Source: Eledone cirrhosa (taxonomy: Eukaryota). Taken from it: 64,000 nucleotides of DNA. Each line of letters starts with the position of its first letter. Position 1 is the stretch's first letter. Of the stretch, positions 1 through 11,330 are shown in pieces. The notes under the pieces are model-generated. The model saw only the letters and a list, made by a program, of their open reading frames with translations. It was not told the origin of the DNA and did no database searches. The translations under genes and the position numbers were made by a program. Where the stretch lies: the NCBI GenBank assembly GCA_964016885.1, contig OZ024743.1, positions 28,210,001 to 28,274,000 of the forward strand, in the 5' to 3' direction.

Positions 1-280
1 AACATCTGAAACTACTTCGCTTTTCCTTATTCGATATTTACTCCGTCACTCCTATGTGGAAAAAGTACGTTGAGTGCTTGAATTGAATTGCATCAATATT
101 TACCCTAAGTATATATATATATATATATATATATATACTTTGGGAGGGTCATGTTGCCAATAAGAAACACACGTACCAGTTGCTTTCACTTCAATTTATT
201 ATAATAAATTTATAAATTTAGGAATTTATAAATTTCTGGTTGGTTGGTTGGTTCCACAACCAGATAGTTGTTTATATATT

Positions 281-323
281 GTCAAAGTTCTTTCGTCACA
301 CATTCTGTGACCTCTTCAGTGAC
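281..323 (-). ncRNA. Minimal type I hammerhead ribozyme (unit 1)
   Basis: Minus strand reads GUCA-CUGAAGA-G-GUCACA-gaaug-UGUGAC-GAAAG-aa-CUU^UGAC. The core, stems I-III and the NUH site are all present. Confidence 0.8.
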
Positions 324-724
324 TGAGGATTCTTTTCTTTGTTTTTGTGCCTCTCCTTTGTTCTGTCCTACGCCATTTTGTTTTGATGGTGTTGGTGTAA
401 ACTCGGGACGAGGCACATTCTTTTATGAAGTGTAGTTGTCGAGATGTTATGGTTTTTCGTAGACAACAGAACATGGTGGTTTTCAGTATCTTGTTAGCCT
501 GGCTAAGGCTTACGATATTTCGTTTCTGAATTTGTTTAGCAAGATTCTTTATCTGAAATCGTGTGTTGAAACCGATATTGTTATACTTTGGGAGGGTCAT
601 GTTGCCAATAAGAAACACACGCACCAGTTGCTTTCACTTCAATTTATTATAATAAATTTAGGAATCTAGGAATTTATAAATTTCTGGTTGGTTGGTTCCA
701 CAACCAGATAGTTATTTATATATT

Positions 725-767
725 GTCAAAGTTCTTTCGTCACACATTCTGTGACCTCTTCAGTGAC
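725..767 (-). ncRNA. Minimal type I hammerhead ribozyme (unit 2)
   Basis: Identical to 281-323 and located 444 nt away. Confidence 0.8.
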
Positions 768-1037
768 TGAGGATTCTTTTCTTTGTTTTTGTGCCTCTCC
801 TTTGTTCTGTCCTACGCCATATTGTTTTGATGGTGTTGGTGTAAACTCGGGACGAGGCACATTCTTTTATGAAGTGTAGTTGTCGAGATGTTATGGTTTT
901 TCGTAGACAACAGAACATGGTGGTTTTCAGTATCTTGTTAGCCTGGCTAAGGCTTACGATATTTCGTTTCTGAATTTGTTTAGCAAGATTCTTTATCTGA
1001 AACCGTGTGTTGAAACCGATATTGTTATACTTTGGGA

Positions 1038-1120
<83 letters not shown>

Positions 1121-1233
1121 AGAATTAATATCTAGTAACATATATATACATACAGATGCATATCAATGCTAGCAAATATATAGGTTTTGTCTTAGTAACT
1201 TTGTGGTTCAATGCATGGGGTTGCAGAACAATA

Positions 1234-1695
1234 ATATGAGAGACGTAAAATAAGAAAATTATAAAATTAACTTACTTACTAAAATTTCACTCCCAACTAA
1301 TTAGTTTCTGAAATGGAATAAATATACTTTCCGAAGAAAATATGGAGAAGCATTTCGTCGTCAGGGAAGACTATTCTCATATAAGTATCCAGGCAAAGCG
1401 TGGACTCTGGAGACTTATACAAAAATAATTCAGTGGATAGGAAATAGCAAAGCGTGGACTGAATTCCTAGCCACTGAGAAAATCACTGCCTCTGCGTCGG
1501 TGGCAAATTCAAAAAGAAGCAATCACGTGACATCGAGGTCAATCAGTGGAACGTGGTTTGTTAATAAGACAGCGGCCTGCCTGCTACTATAGCAGCAGTC
1601 TTGGCCAATATTGCTCGACAAATAATTTGGAGATAATTATAAAGAATTAATATCTAGTAAGTAAGTTAATTTTATAATTTTCTTATTTTACGTCA

Positions 1696-1702
<7 letters not shown>
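1234..1702. mobile_element. Element with 48-bp inverted ends next to (TA)n (PLE inverted pLTR remnant or MITE)
   Basis: 1234-1281 is the reverse complement of 1655-1702 with 1 mismatch. TATAAAGAATTAATATCTAGTAA is repeated at ~1116 and ~1638. Confidence 0.55.
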
Positions 1703-1747
<45 letters not shown>

Positions 1748-2037
1748 CAAATAACGAAACGAAATTAAATTTCGTTTCGTTTGTAACTCACTTTTGTATG
1801 ACTGACGCTTAAACAATTAAGTTAAAAAATGTACATCTACATATGCATACTGAAATACTAGTGTGTATATGAATACACACACGTATACATATGTAGGTGT
1901 ACCAAGTCTTTCACTGGTCGCTTTACAGTGAGCGGCCCAGCTATTCTGTATGTAAACACACAGACAAACCGGTTTTTAGAGTCATACTGGTTTTTGGGGG
2001 AACACCTTCCCCCTATTCTCCAGAAAGCCAGACAAGG

Positions 2038-2082
2038 AATATTGAACTAGTTTCGTTGTTGTTACAACTCATCAGCAATATT
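2038..2082 (-). ncRNA. Minimal type I hammerhead ribozyme, canonical core
   Basis: Minus strand reads AAUAUUG-CUGAUGA-GUUGU-aaca-ACAAC-GAAAC-ua-GUU^CAAUAUU: 7-bp stem I, 5-bp stem II and palindromic stem III (ACUAGU). Confidence 0.85.
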
Positions 2083-2243
2083 TACCTATCTACCGGCCTC
2101 TCTGGAGAATTGTAAAAGCACATATCGTTATATGCTTTTTCTATGAAAATTAGTAGTGGGCAGACTAATTTGCATAGAGTGTGAGTACGCACCGGTTCAG
2201 CGGAGCTTTAGTCTAAAATACGGTGAAAGCTTATAATTTCTAA

Positions 2244-2369
<126 letters not shown>

Positions 2370-3014
2370 ACTGGGTTCAATCGGGGGTAACCAAGATACA
2401 CAAAATATTAGTAGATTGTAAATATCATGTTTAATATAGAAATGGCTTCTACAGAAAGAAATAATCAGGAAAGCTTTTTTTAAAGAGCACTGAGTACGTT
2501 TATTTTGTATTAGTACTGTTGCTTGAGCTGCACTGATAATAACACCGTTTAATTCCTGTGAGCTTTCTTTTAAATTTAGTGATCCCGCGTGGATGCCTTA
2601 TTTCCTCATGCCCTGACGTCCATTTCAATCTCGACTTTACATTATAACAAGGAACCTATTAACATTAATTATATATTAGCATATCGGCAATTAATTCACC
2701 TCTTCGGTTAAGATAGGATCTTTCGCACTTTAATCGTCTTGATATGCTATACATATCCGGTTTCACCACACCCACTGGATACATGATATCTAATTTTCCA
2801 TCGCATTTATTCATTCTCGTAATCTTATAATAATCCAATCATTATGGTTAATCTCTTATCGAACATTTCTTTGCTCAAATGATGCAATAAACTTAACACA
2901 CACGTGCAGGAAATGGCAGAGCCTCACATTTATAATGCCACAAATCACAATTCTGTACATCGTTATAGCTTAATTAAAACGTATTTATTTATTCATTTAT
3001 CATTATTATTATTT

Positions 3015-3217
3015 GGATTGGCAGTATCGGTAGAGGGTCGGACGCCATGCTTTCCAGCATAGTTACATCCCTTTACGATCTGAGTTCAAATCCCGCCGAG
3101 GTTGACTTTGCCTTTCATCATTACGGGGTCGATAAAATAAAGTACCAGTAATGCACTGGGTAATTGCTGGCCTTGTGCCTAAAGTAGAAACAATTATTAT
3201 TATTATAATTATTATTA
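3015..3217 (+). mobile_element. tRNA-derived SINE with (ATT)n tail
   Basis: A box TGGCAGTATCGG, B box GAGTTCAAATC, 3' end CCTTGTGCCTAAAGTAGAAAC(ATT)n. Four further copies occur in the window. Confidence 0.85.
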
Positions 3218-3219
3218 TT

Positions 3220-4938
3220 TTGCGTGTTATCACTGGATTTCCAAGCGCAGCTCTGTGCGTCTTGGATACATACAGTGTGGTTTTTATGAGTGTTTGTTCT
3301 ATCGTATTGAGAGTAATCTTTGTAATATGTGTGTGTGGTGCCTAGTAGTGCATTTGTTTATTTGTTGTATATATTTGTGAGTCCTGAAGTTTTGGTTATG
3401 TATCTGTCTGCATGCTTTTTTTATCATTCCAAGAACACCTATAATTAAAGGTATTGTTTCTGTCTTCAGCATCCACATCCAAGTTATTTCTATCTCTAGA
3501 TCTTTATATATGAGTAGATTCTCTATTTCCTTGGTTAAAATGTTGTCAACAGTTGGGATTGATACATCAATCAGAAGACATGTTTTTTCTTTGTAGTCTT
3601 TGACGATAATGTCCGGTCGGTTGGCTTTGATCGCTCCGTCTGTATGTATGGGCATATCCCTGAGAATGGTTGCTTTGTCATTTTGTGATACTTTTTCTGG
3701 TGTGTGTTTGTACCATCTTCTGTCTATGGGTATGTCATAGTGTTGGCATAAATTCAAATGTATGTAGATCCCTCCACTATCATGTCTGTGGATGTATTCC
3801 GTTTTGGTTTAAGACCTGGCAGTTTGAAAAATTTCTTTCATACCAGGTGGGTTTTTCACAATGACGACTGTTTCCCTAACTCTCAGTAGAATTTCTTAGT
3901 ATCAGTTTTAAACATCTTATTTTGTCTGCAAAATTTAGGTCAACGTGGGGTCTTATCCTGGAGCTTTTTCTTGACCATCTCTTTCGATGTCAGGACTTCA
4001 TTCATGTTTATCAGACTGTATTTTCGTTCCAGCTTTCTAGCTATTCTCCGTTTTACATTATTTCCTTTGGAAAGTTGGTCTAAGATTGATAATTGCCACA
4101 GGAAGCTCTCAAATTCTTGATTCATGCGCTCTTTCCACCTTGGCTATTTGTGTGCTTTTTGGGGGAACCTTTTACTTTATTTTGTGTTTAATAGATTTTG
4201 AGTATATAATATGATTTAATAGTTAAATCTGTCTCAATTTCAAGGAGAAGCTGCTCCAGGACATAGTCATATATTTTGATTTGGTCTTCTGAAACTTAGG
4301 TAATTGATCTCTCTCATTCATTTCGAGATGTTTAGAAATACGTAACCCTCTCGTGATATCGTTTTTGCCACACGAGTTTTCTCTCTATTCGCTTCAGCAA
4401 ATGCGTTAGACATTGCAGCTTGATGTTCATTTCTACCTTTTATTACATCGGATTCAGCTCGATCATCTATTACTTCAGATTCTAATTTGCCTACATCAAC
4501 ATTATGTTCAGGTATGTCTCAATCAATAGCTTGAATAATGTTTTCCTCTTCATTATTCCCAGTATCTGCATCATGTGCTTCAGTCCGATTTTCTGGGATG
4601 ATAGTGACGTCATTTTTTATATTCTCTAATTCTGCGAGTGTAAAATTGTTGTTGCGTATAATGTTCTGCATACATTGGCTAGTTTTTTGCATTAATATAA
4701 TGAGGGTTGTCGTCCCTTATCATTTCTCTCTCCAGATGTCAAAACACTACTCCATTTTATTATGTCTTGGTTGGTTCAATGCTGTGTAGAATTCTCTCAT
4801 GACTTGTTCATACTCCACTGTTGCCCATCTATTTTTAGTCATTCTTTTGACGTTTGTGTTATTTGGTGTTTGTCGTAAGGTGTCATGGTTGATTTCTTGG
4901 TTCGGATTTCACTCAAGATCATTTTCAGAGGAATTTGC
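3220..4938 (-). pseudogene. Degraded, internally deleted R4/Dong-type RLE LINE
   Basis: ORF 3299-3757 encodes an RLE endonuclease (WYKH-P..NRPDII..LLIDVSIP..KDLEIEI..IPLIIGVLG). ORF 3940-4125 matches the pre-RT region (LERKYSL). The RT core is missing. Flanked by (AAT)n on its sense strand. Confidence 0.85.
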
Positions 4939-4960
4939 TATTATTATTGTTATTATTATT

Positions 4961-6060
4961 GGTGACTAAATAGAGAAGACATGTTATTGTAAGCTTCGAA
5001 ATGTGTGTGTGTCTTAAGTTGTTTGAAATATGATTCGATAAAATATTTTTGTCGCAAAGTGTAATAGTTTGACATATATTGCCCACAGAAAACACGACTC
5101 CTTAATATGTGGGCCTGGGGCCCACATATTGCAATTTCACTTGCAAATTACTTCCATAAAATTATTTTAAAAAAATAGAGGTTTGCACCATCCCCCCATC
5201 TACAGAGAATGAAAGTGAAAAGCTACACGAAGAAAGCCTGCTACATTTTCTCGATAATAGCCAGAAATGAAATCAATAGCACCACTACCACCACCACCAC
5301 TATCACCAATACTAATACAGATACTAACACTACCACTGCCACCAGCACCTTCAACAACAACTATAACAACAACAACAACAGCAGCAGTAGTAGCAGCACC
5401 AACATTAACTGTAAAACTAACAAAAAAAGTCGAAGGCAAAATTCATAAACTAAAATAAAGAATATGAAAACGAATATCCGGTATTACCGGAGTACAACAC
5501 CACCACCACCACCCCCATCATGTCCAGAGCACCAAAAAAAAAAGTATTACAAAAAACAGTAACAGCACTAATACCATTTTCACCACCACCGCCACCACAT
5601 AAACAACAGCAACAACAAGAAAAAGGACTGCTACGAATACGATTATCAACAACAGTGACAGCCACGAGTAAAGCAACAACAACAACAAAAGTTAAAATAA
5701 GAACAACAACAATAATAGCAGCGACAAAATGAATGCAGGCAGACCTAGGTGACCCTTCCCAACAACACAGGAGGATCTCTTGAAATCTGCCGTTTTCTTC
5801 GCATGGGCAACAAAATTCACGTTAAGGAATATGAAATACACGTTAAGGAATATGAAATAAAGGAGTCTAAGCAAATGTTAAAGAGGGGGAGGGGGTCACA
5901 TAGTCAGCCTTACACCTCCAGCCGATGTACTAGAAAACGCACGACGTTGTACGGCAGCATGGCATAGAATTAGAGTGAAGTGACGCCGGGCGGAGCATGC
6001 CATCGAGTCTTTGATCCAAAAAGCTTTGGGTTGCACATGGGAACGCAAAACTCATATCGC
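4961..6060 (+). pseudogene. 5' fragment (UTR plus decayed ORF1) of a Tx1-type L1
   Basis: Starts after (ATT)n. 5'UTR hairpin at 5104-5130. ~5965-6060 translates RIRVK*RRAEHAIESLIQKALGCTWERKTHI, matching ORF1 of the 40541-46406 element (INIKSRRVERASESRIQKALGHVWAKKTHI). Confidence 0.75.
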
Positions 6061-6451
6061 CCCCCCCCCACACACATACACACATACACATGCACACGCA
6101 TCACACAAACTAAATCGACAAATAGTATTTTCACTGAAGATAATGTTCATAAGTGAGTAACGAGGAGAAAGGAAGTCTATTTGGAATTTAGCTGGGAAGA
6201 CTGGATAGTAGATGCTAGGAGATAGTAGATGCTAGGAGATAGTAGATGCTAGGAAATAGTTTCTTTTACTTGCAAAATATTTGAGCGCAACGAGAGGTTT
6301 GTCAACAGAATTACTCTCACACAGTTGATGTGCATACATGCATTAGTTCGTTTAGAAATAATATAAAACAGTGCAATCAAATTTTTGGGGGAATATCTTA
6401 CCTTCTCCAATAAAAAATCTTATGTATTTTGGAAATCCAGAGACTTTCAAT

Positions 6452-6911
6452 AATGACCAGAAGTCGACCCTAAATATTACTAATAGCTCTAGGAAAGCCA
6501 TGAACGACACCACGTCTTTTAAACTATGATTTTGAAAGTAGGTTTATAATTATCAATTTTCATGATTCTTTTGTAGCTGACTCGGTAGCCTAGCTGGAGG
6601 AATCATAGACGGTGGTGATTCTGGTCTGAAGTTCGATCCTGGTCGGGAGTAGGGTTCCAGCTAAACCTTTTGAGTTTGCTTTCTATTGGTTGAAAAATAA
6701 AAAATGTTACCTCTTGACCAGGATCGAAACCAAGACCAGTATCTCTACTGTTGCTAGTACCTACCGCTAGTACACAGACACAACTACGAAAACCTTATGA
6801 AAATTCATATTTATAAACCTACTTTCAAAATTTTCAAAACAAAGTGTTGTGGTGTCGTTCATGTCTTTCTTAATGTTATTGCTCCTACTTAATGTCGACT
6901 TCTAAATCATT
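6452..6911. mobile_element. Foldback/palindromic element with long imperfect inverted arms
   Basis: Mirrored blocks: AGAAGTCGAC/GTCGACTTCT, CATGAACGACACCAC/GTGGTGTCGTTCATG, TTTGAAAGTAGGTTTATAA/TTATAAACCTACTTTCAAA, TCGATCCTGGTC/GACCAGGATCGA. Confidence 0.7.
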
Positions 6912-7021
6912 TGATGTTTCACATCTAGCTAGACTATATTTTAACCCGTAATCTATATTTCATTTTTTTTGCTATCAGTTAGACTCAAACTTACAATGAT
7001 TGGCATTATATATATATATAT

Positions 7022-7643
7022 TTTGGCTGCCCCCTCGTTATCGAGTATGGCCATTGCACGTTATGCCATAATTAATTATTATTAATTAATTCTATCGTGA
7101 AATGCCTGTGCGTGAAGATATTTTTTAAGTGAGGAAAGACTATGCACTGAGCCAATCCCACTCTCTGAGCGACAGTAGCTATAACCCGAAAAGAAGAAAA
7201 GATCAACATCATCGGTAACTGCTGAGCCGCAGGTTTCATATCGGAGTTATCCCAGTTTCCTGAGTTGCCTTCTCCTAGAATAATGCCCTGAAAAAGGCTT
7301 GGGGTCCTTCACACCCAGTGGTTTAACCGCATGATCGGGTGTCCAGCCCGACGTTTTTCTATGTCCCCGCGCATATACATACAGATGCACCCACATGCAA
7401 ACATATGTACATGTGTATATACATATTTACACACTTTTGGATGGCCGTTCACTCTTATGAGTTTTTCCGCCCTTTGTGAGGGTTTTTTTTTTGACCTGCA
7501 GGGTGTCGAAAATCACCATCCTCACCAAGTAAACTTGGTGGGGTTGCCGGTTTAATCGCCGACGACCCGACCATGTGACAGGTTGTACTACGGTTCTTAT
7601 ATATAGCCCTCTTTGGATTTTAGTCTTCAAATTTATTATTATT

Positions 7644-7648
<5 letters not shown>
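7022..7648 (-). mobile_element. Non-autonomous RTE-derived element (5' UTR joined to 3' end) in (TA)n
   Basis: RTE-like leader motif CTAGGAGAAGGCAACTC. The 3' end GGCCATACTCGATAACGAGGGGGCAGCC(TA)n is shared with the RTE remnant at 38944-39232. The same 5' end recurs at ~25160 and ~38893. Confidence 0.6.
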
Positions 7649-7691
<43 letters not shown>

Positions 7692-7694
<3 letters not shown>

Positions 7695-8062
7695 TGGCGG
7701 ACTAGGTCTAAAAATATTAGTTGACAGATGAATGCTATCATTTAATTTTCATAATGGCTATATAATGTTTTTAAAAAATTCACAAGTGGAAACAAAACAG
7801 TGCAATCAAATGTTTGCGGAAACATATCATACCGTCTCCAATAAAAAATATTATGTATTTTGCGAAATCCAGAGACTTTCAATAATGACCTTTGATCTTT
7901 CACACTCACTCATTCTATATATATGTGTGTGTGTGTGTGTATGTAGGGTGTGTGGGTGTTGGGTATATATATATATATACACCACCTTCACAACTAATTG
8001 ATTTGACAGACGTCTATCACCCATTGATACCAAATATTATTTGGTCAGTAGTTCGTGTGTAA

Positions 8063-8127
<65 letters not shown>

Positions 8128-8472
8128 TGTGTCTGTGTCTATATATGTATGTTTGCATACATGAATGAATACACAAAGCTTTAGTTTTAGTAGAATGCAT
8201 AACCATTGTTTCCAGCTATTTGTAGTATCATATATTTTGGTTTCTAGTAATTCCCTAGGTAATTGGTTGACCAAATGCTTTGCTTAATTGTTTTGTTTAT
8301 TTAAAAACACATTTTGTTCTTTCTCTTAGATTTTAGGTATTTTTTAAAAGCAAAGCATTAAAATACTACAGTGGGCCCTGCAATGCTACTTTGGGCTCTT
8401 GCAATGCTACCGTGGGCCTCCTGGGTCCCACTTGCCATTGGGCAACCTGGCAAACTGGCCATTCCGCCACTG
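7692..8472. mobile_element. hAT-like MITE
   Basis: TIRs CAGTGGCGGA / TCCGCCACTG with GGGCCC-like subterminal repeats. The internal block 7798-7890 also occurs at ~6370-6458. No TSD was resolved. Confidence 0.6.
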
Positions 8473-10184
8473 CCATACTATGTTTAAAAAATCAAAATGG
8501 CTAAGATGCTAAAAATAACTCTGCTAAATGTCATTCAAATAACACTCTACTGTCTTAGAAAAGAATATGCCGGATGACATAGTCCCAGGTTAGCTGCACA
8601 AAGGAAAAATGAAATGCCTTTGATCATAGGTGGGCTCAATCGGCATTGATCTCGGGGCTAAACAGCAGAAATATCATACTATACTAGACTACAATAATGT
8701 AGTCTATAAATCCATATATCACATCACACTACACCATACTATATTTCTCTAATCTACAGTATACTATAGTCACTAAGTAACTGTATTACGATTGAACGAG
8801 CGGGCTTTTTTTTTGTAGTCGATTAACCTGCTTTAAATAGGAGACAAAATCTCACTAAATAACATTCTACTGTGATACGAAAATGAAGGACATATAATGT
8901 AATGTTTTCTTACATACCTTATATCTGAAAACCTGACAAGAATATCATTGACGACAGGTCTGTTTGAGACTGTGGTGATGGAGTTAAACAGTGAAACATT
9001 TTCTTAACTGCATTGTATTTAACTGAAACGTAAGTTATAGGTACTAAGATGAAGGAGATATATCGCTGTCATATGATATTCCTGACGAACGATGTAATTT
9101 GTAAAGTGAGTTGAAGAGGAATCACTTACATATAAAGGTGAACAGCTACATGATATCATGTCCACCTTCTTCCATTCCAACCCACCATTCATCACACTGT
9201 ATCTTCTTTCAATTTCACTCATTCTCACTCATCCCTCTTTATCCCCTTTAGAGGTTGCTATGTTAAACACGATAGACTTGAAACAAGTAAGATATCACAA
9301 TAACAATGCGTTAAAGTTATTGTTTCCTAAGCAAAGATTAAAAGTTAAACCAAGTATAATTAATAGATAGATAAAAGTGCACCAACACTTCGACAGCCTC
9401 CATCTATTTAATCGCTTAGTATCAGCTGTAAATCATATACATTGACGACATAAAACTTTCCGAACATCATTTCCAAATATCTTTTTCTATATATCTTATT
9501 CCATTCTAAATACATTTTTATCTTTTTCCTTTTATCTTATATTGATTAGAGATAATTGCCTTTCCTTATCACCACTTTCGGCTTTCCTACCTGTTTATAT
9601 ATCTTCAAAATCTTTTCTTTTTACAGTAATTACTGTTGATAAAGTATAAAAATCTCCAGCATATAACCGTTTATCTTTTATATATAACATCTTTCGCATT
9701 GGTTACTGCATATTTTTGGTGAAGAAACAAGCCCTTGTAAAACAGTTTTACAATCATTAATACTATACATACAGTTAATGTTAACGTGATACTGTCATAT
9801 GCCTTCGTCGATGGTTAGTGGTGTTTATCAGAGGTTATGCATCTTTGAATGGAAGAAAGATAAACTTTACTTAGTACTGGAAGTTAATCTGTTGCCTCGA
9901 ATATTTCCAGAAATACTAGTTCCTTGAACGACAATATCAATTTATTTCCATGTTTAGCTCAAAATCTTACTTGATCTAGCAGAACTGTTGTCAAAGGCAT
10001 TCAAACCTGCTTCATTCCATTTATCTAGACGTACTCAGCACTGCATTTTGCAATCTTACCTTCGTTACTGAAGTGATAATTTTACCAGAATTAAGACCAT
10101 TGCTAGTATTCGTAGGTCAAACTGTTATGTTTTCGTCAGTCTTTCCAGTTGCTAGTACTATCTATCGGTTGCAACTCCAGGTAG

Positions 10185-10300
10185 AAGGAGCAACGTGAAA
10201 TAAAGTGTCTTCCTCAACGACATAACGCATCGCCCGGTCCAGGAATCGAACTCACAACCTCAAGATTGTGAATCCAATTCTCTAACAACTCAGCCACACA
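10185..10300 (-). mobile_element. Old tRNA-derived SINE fragment
   Basis: Minus strand has GTGGCTGAGTTG (A box-like), GAGTTCGATTCC (B box) and a TTGAGGAAGACACTT core-like motif. Confidence 0.55.
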
Positions 10301-10980
10301 TAGATGTTCAATTCGACTGGACTACAACGTAAGCTGACATAAATCTTGTTATTTTTTAAAATACCGTTAATAAATGATAATATATTCACTGACTGACTGA
10401 TTTTACTTTTCACACCCCATTGGCAAGTTTTGGCAATCACTGGATGTAGAGATTTGTAGCGGTAAGCTTAGAAATTCATTTCCCGTGACATGTTTTCCAG
10501 CTGAATAGAGTATATATTCCAGTGAATTCCGTCTTCTGCCAGGGGCTATTTGGGATCTAAGCTAGTTTACGTTACCCGATTCCCTCATCTTTGTTTTTGT
10601 GAAATCGTTCCTTGACCCTATAGCGCACAATTTATCATATTATATGCGTTATATTTGTAAGCAACTCTTCGGGAAAATTTTGAAATCTACAATAAGAAAA
10701 TACGTTTGAACATTTTCGGTCCGTATCATATTTTCATATCCAAAGTTTACAAATAACACCTTTGATGTGTATTTCAAATTAACCTGTTACATTTACTCTA
10801 TTGAGTGTTAGAACTTTGCAAATGTAATCTAAAACCACGTGCTGTGTAAATAAATGGAAATATTGTATATGGCATCTTGCTCGTTGTTATCTATGTACAA
10901 AAATTATATAAAAATTTCGAAAGCATATGTACACACACACACAAATACACACACACACACTCACACAGACAGGCATCCAG

Positions 10981-11071
<91 letters not shown>

Positions 11072-11296
11072 CATACATATAAATGTGTGTGTGTGTGTGT
11101 GTATGTGTGTGTTTGAGTGTATGTTACATTTACTGAATTGAATGTTGGATCCTTACAAATGTAATCTATCTATTAATATCTATCAATTTCTCTCTAATTG
11201 TATGTATATATATATATATATATATATACATGTGTGTGTGAGTGAGTGTTTGTGTGTGTGTGTGTTGTTGGTGTGTGTGTGCGTGTGTGTGTGTGA

Positions 11297-11330
<34 letters not shown>

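Larger units (their letters stand above)
136..1038 (-). mobile_element. Head-to-tail tandem of a ~445-bp unit (136-583, 584-1027, plus 11 bp of a third); Penelope-like pseudo-LTR or non-LTR retrozyme
   Basis: TACTTTGGGAG recurs at 136, 584 and 1028. The units are nearly identical and flanked by (TA)n on both sides. Each unit carries a hammerhead. The minus-strand peptide QLHFIKECASSRV loosely resembles PLE N-termini. Confidence 0.75.

Noticed and set aside
1753-1781. 13-bp hairpin AACGAAACGAAAT/ATTTCGTTTCGTT
   Set aside because: Isolated, low complexity and without supporting context.
6204-6260. Three 17-bp direct repeats (GATAGTAGATGCTAGGA)
   Set aside because: A simple minisatellite without spacers in eukaryotic DNA; not CRISPR.
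6578-6650. Possible tRNA gene
   Set aside because: It has box-like motifs but no convincing cloverleaf; treated as part of the foldback element.
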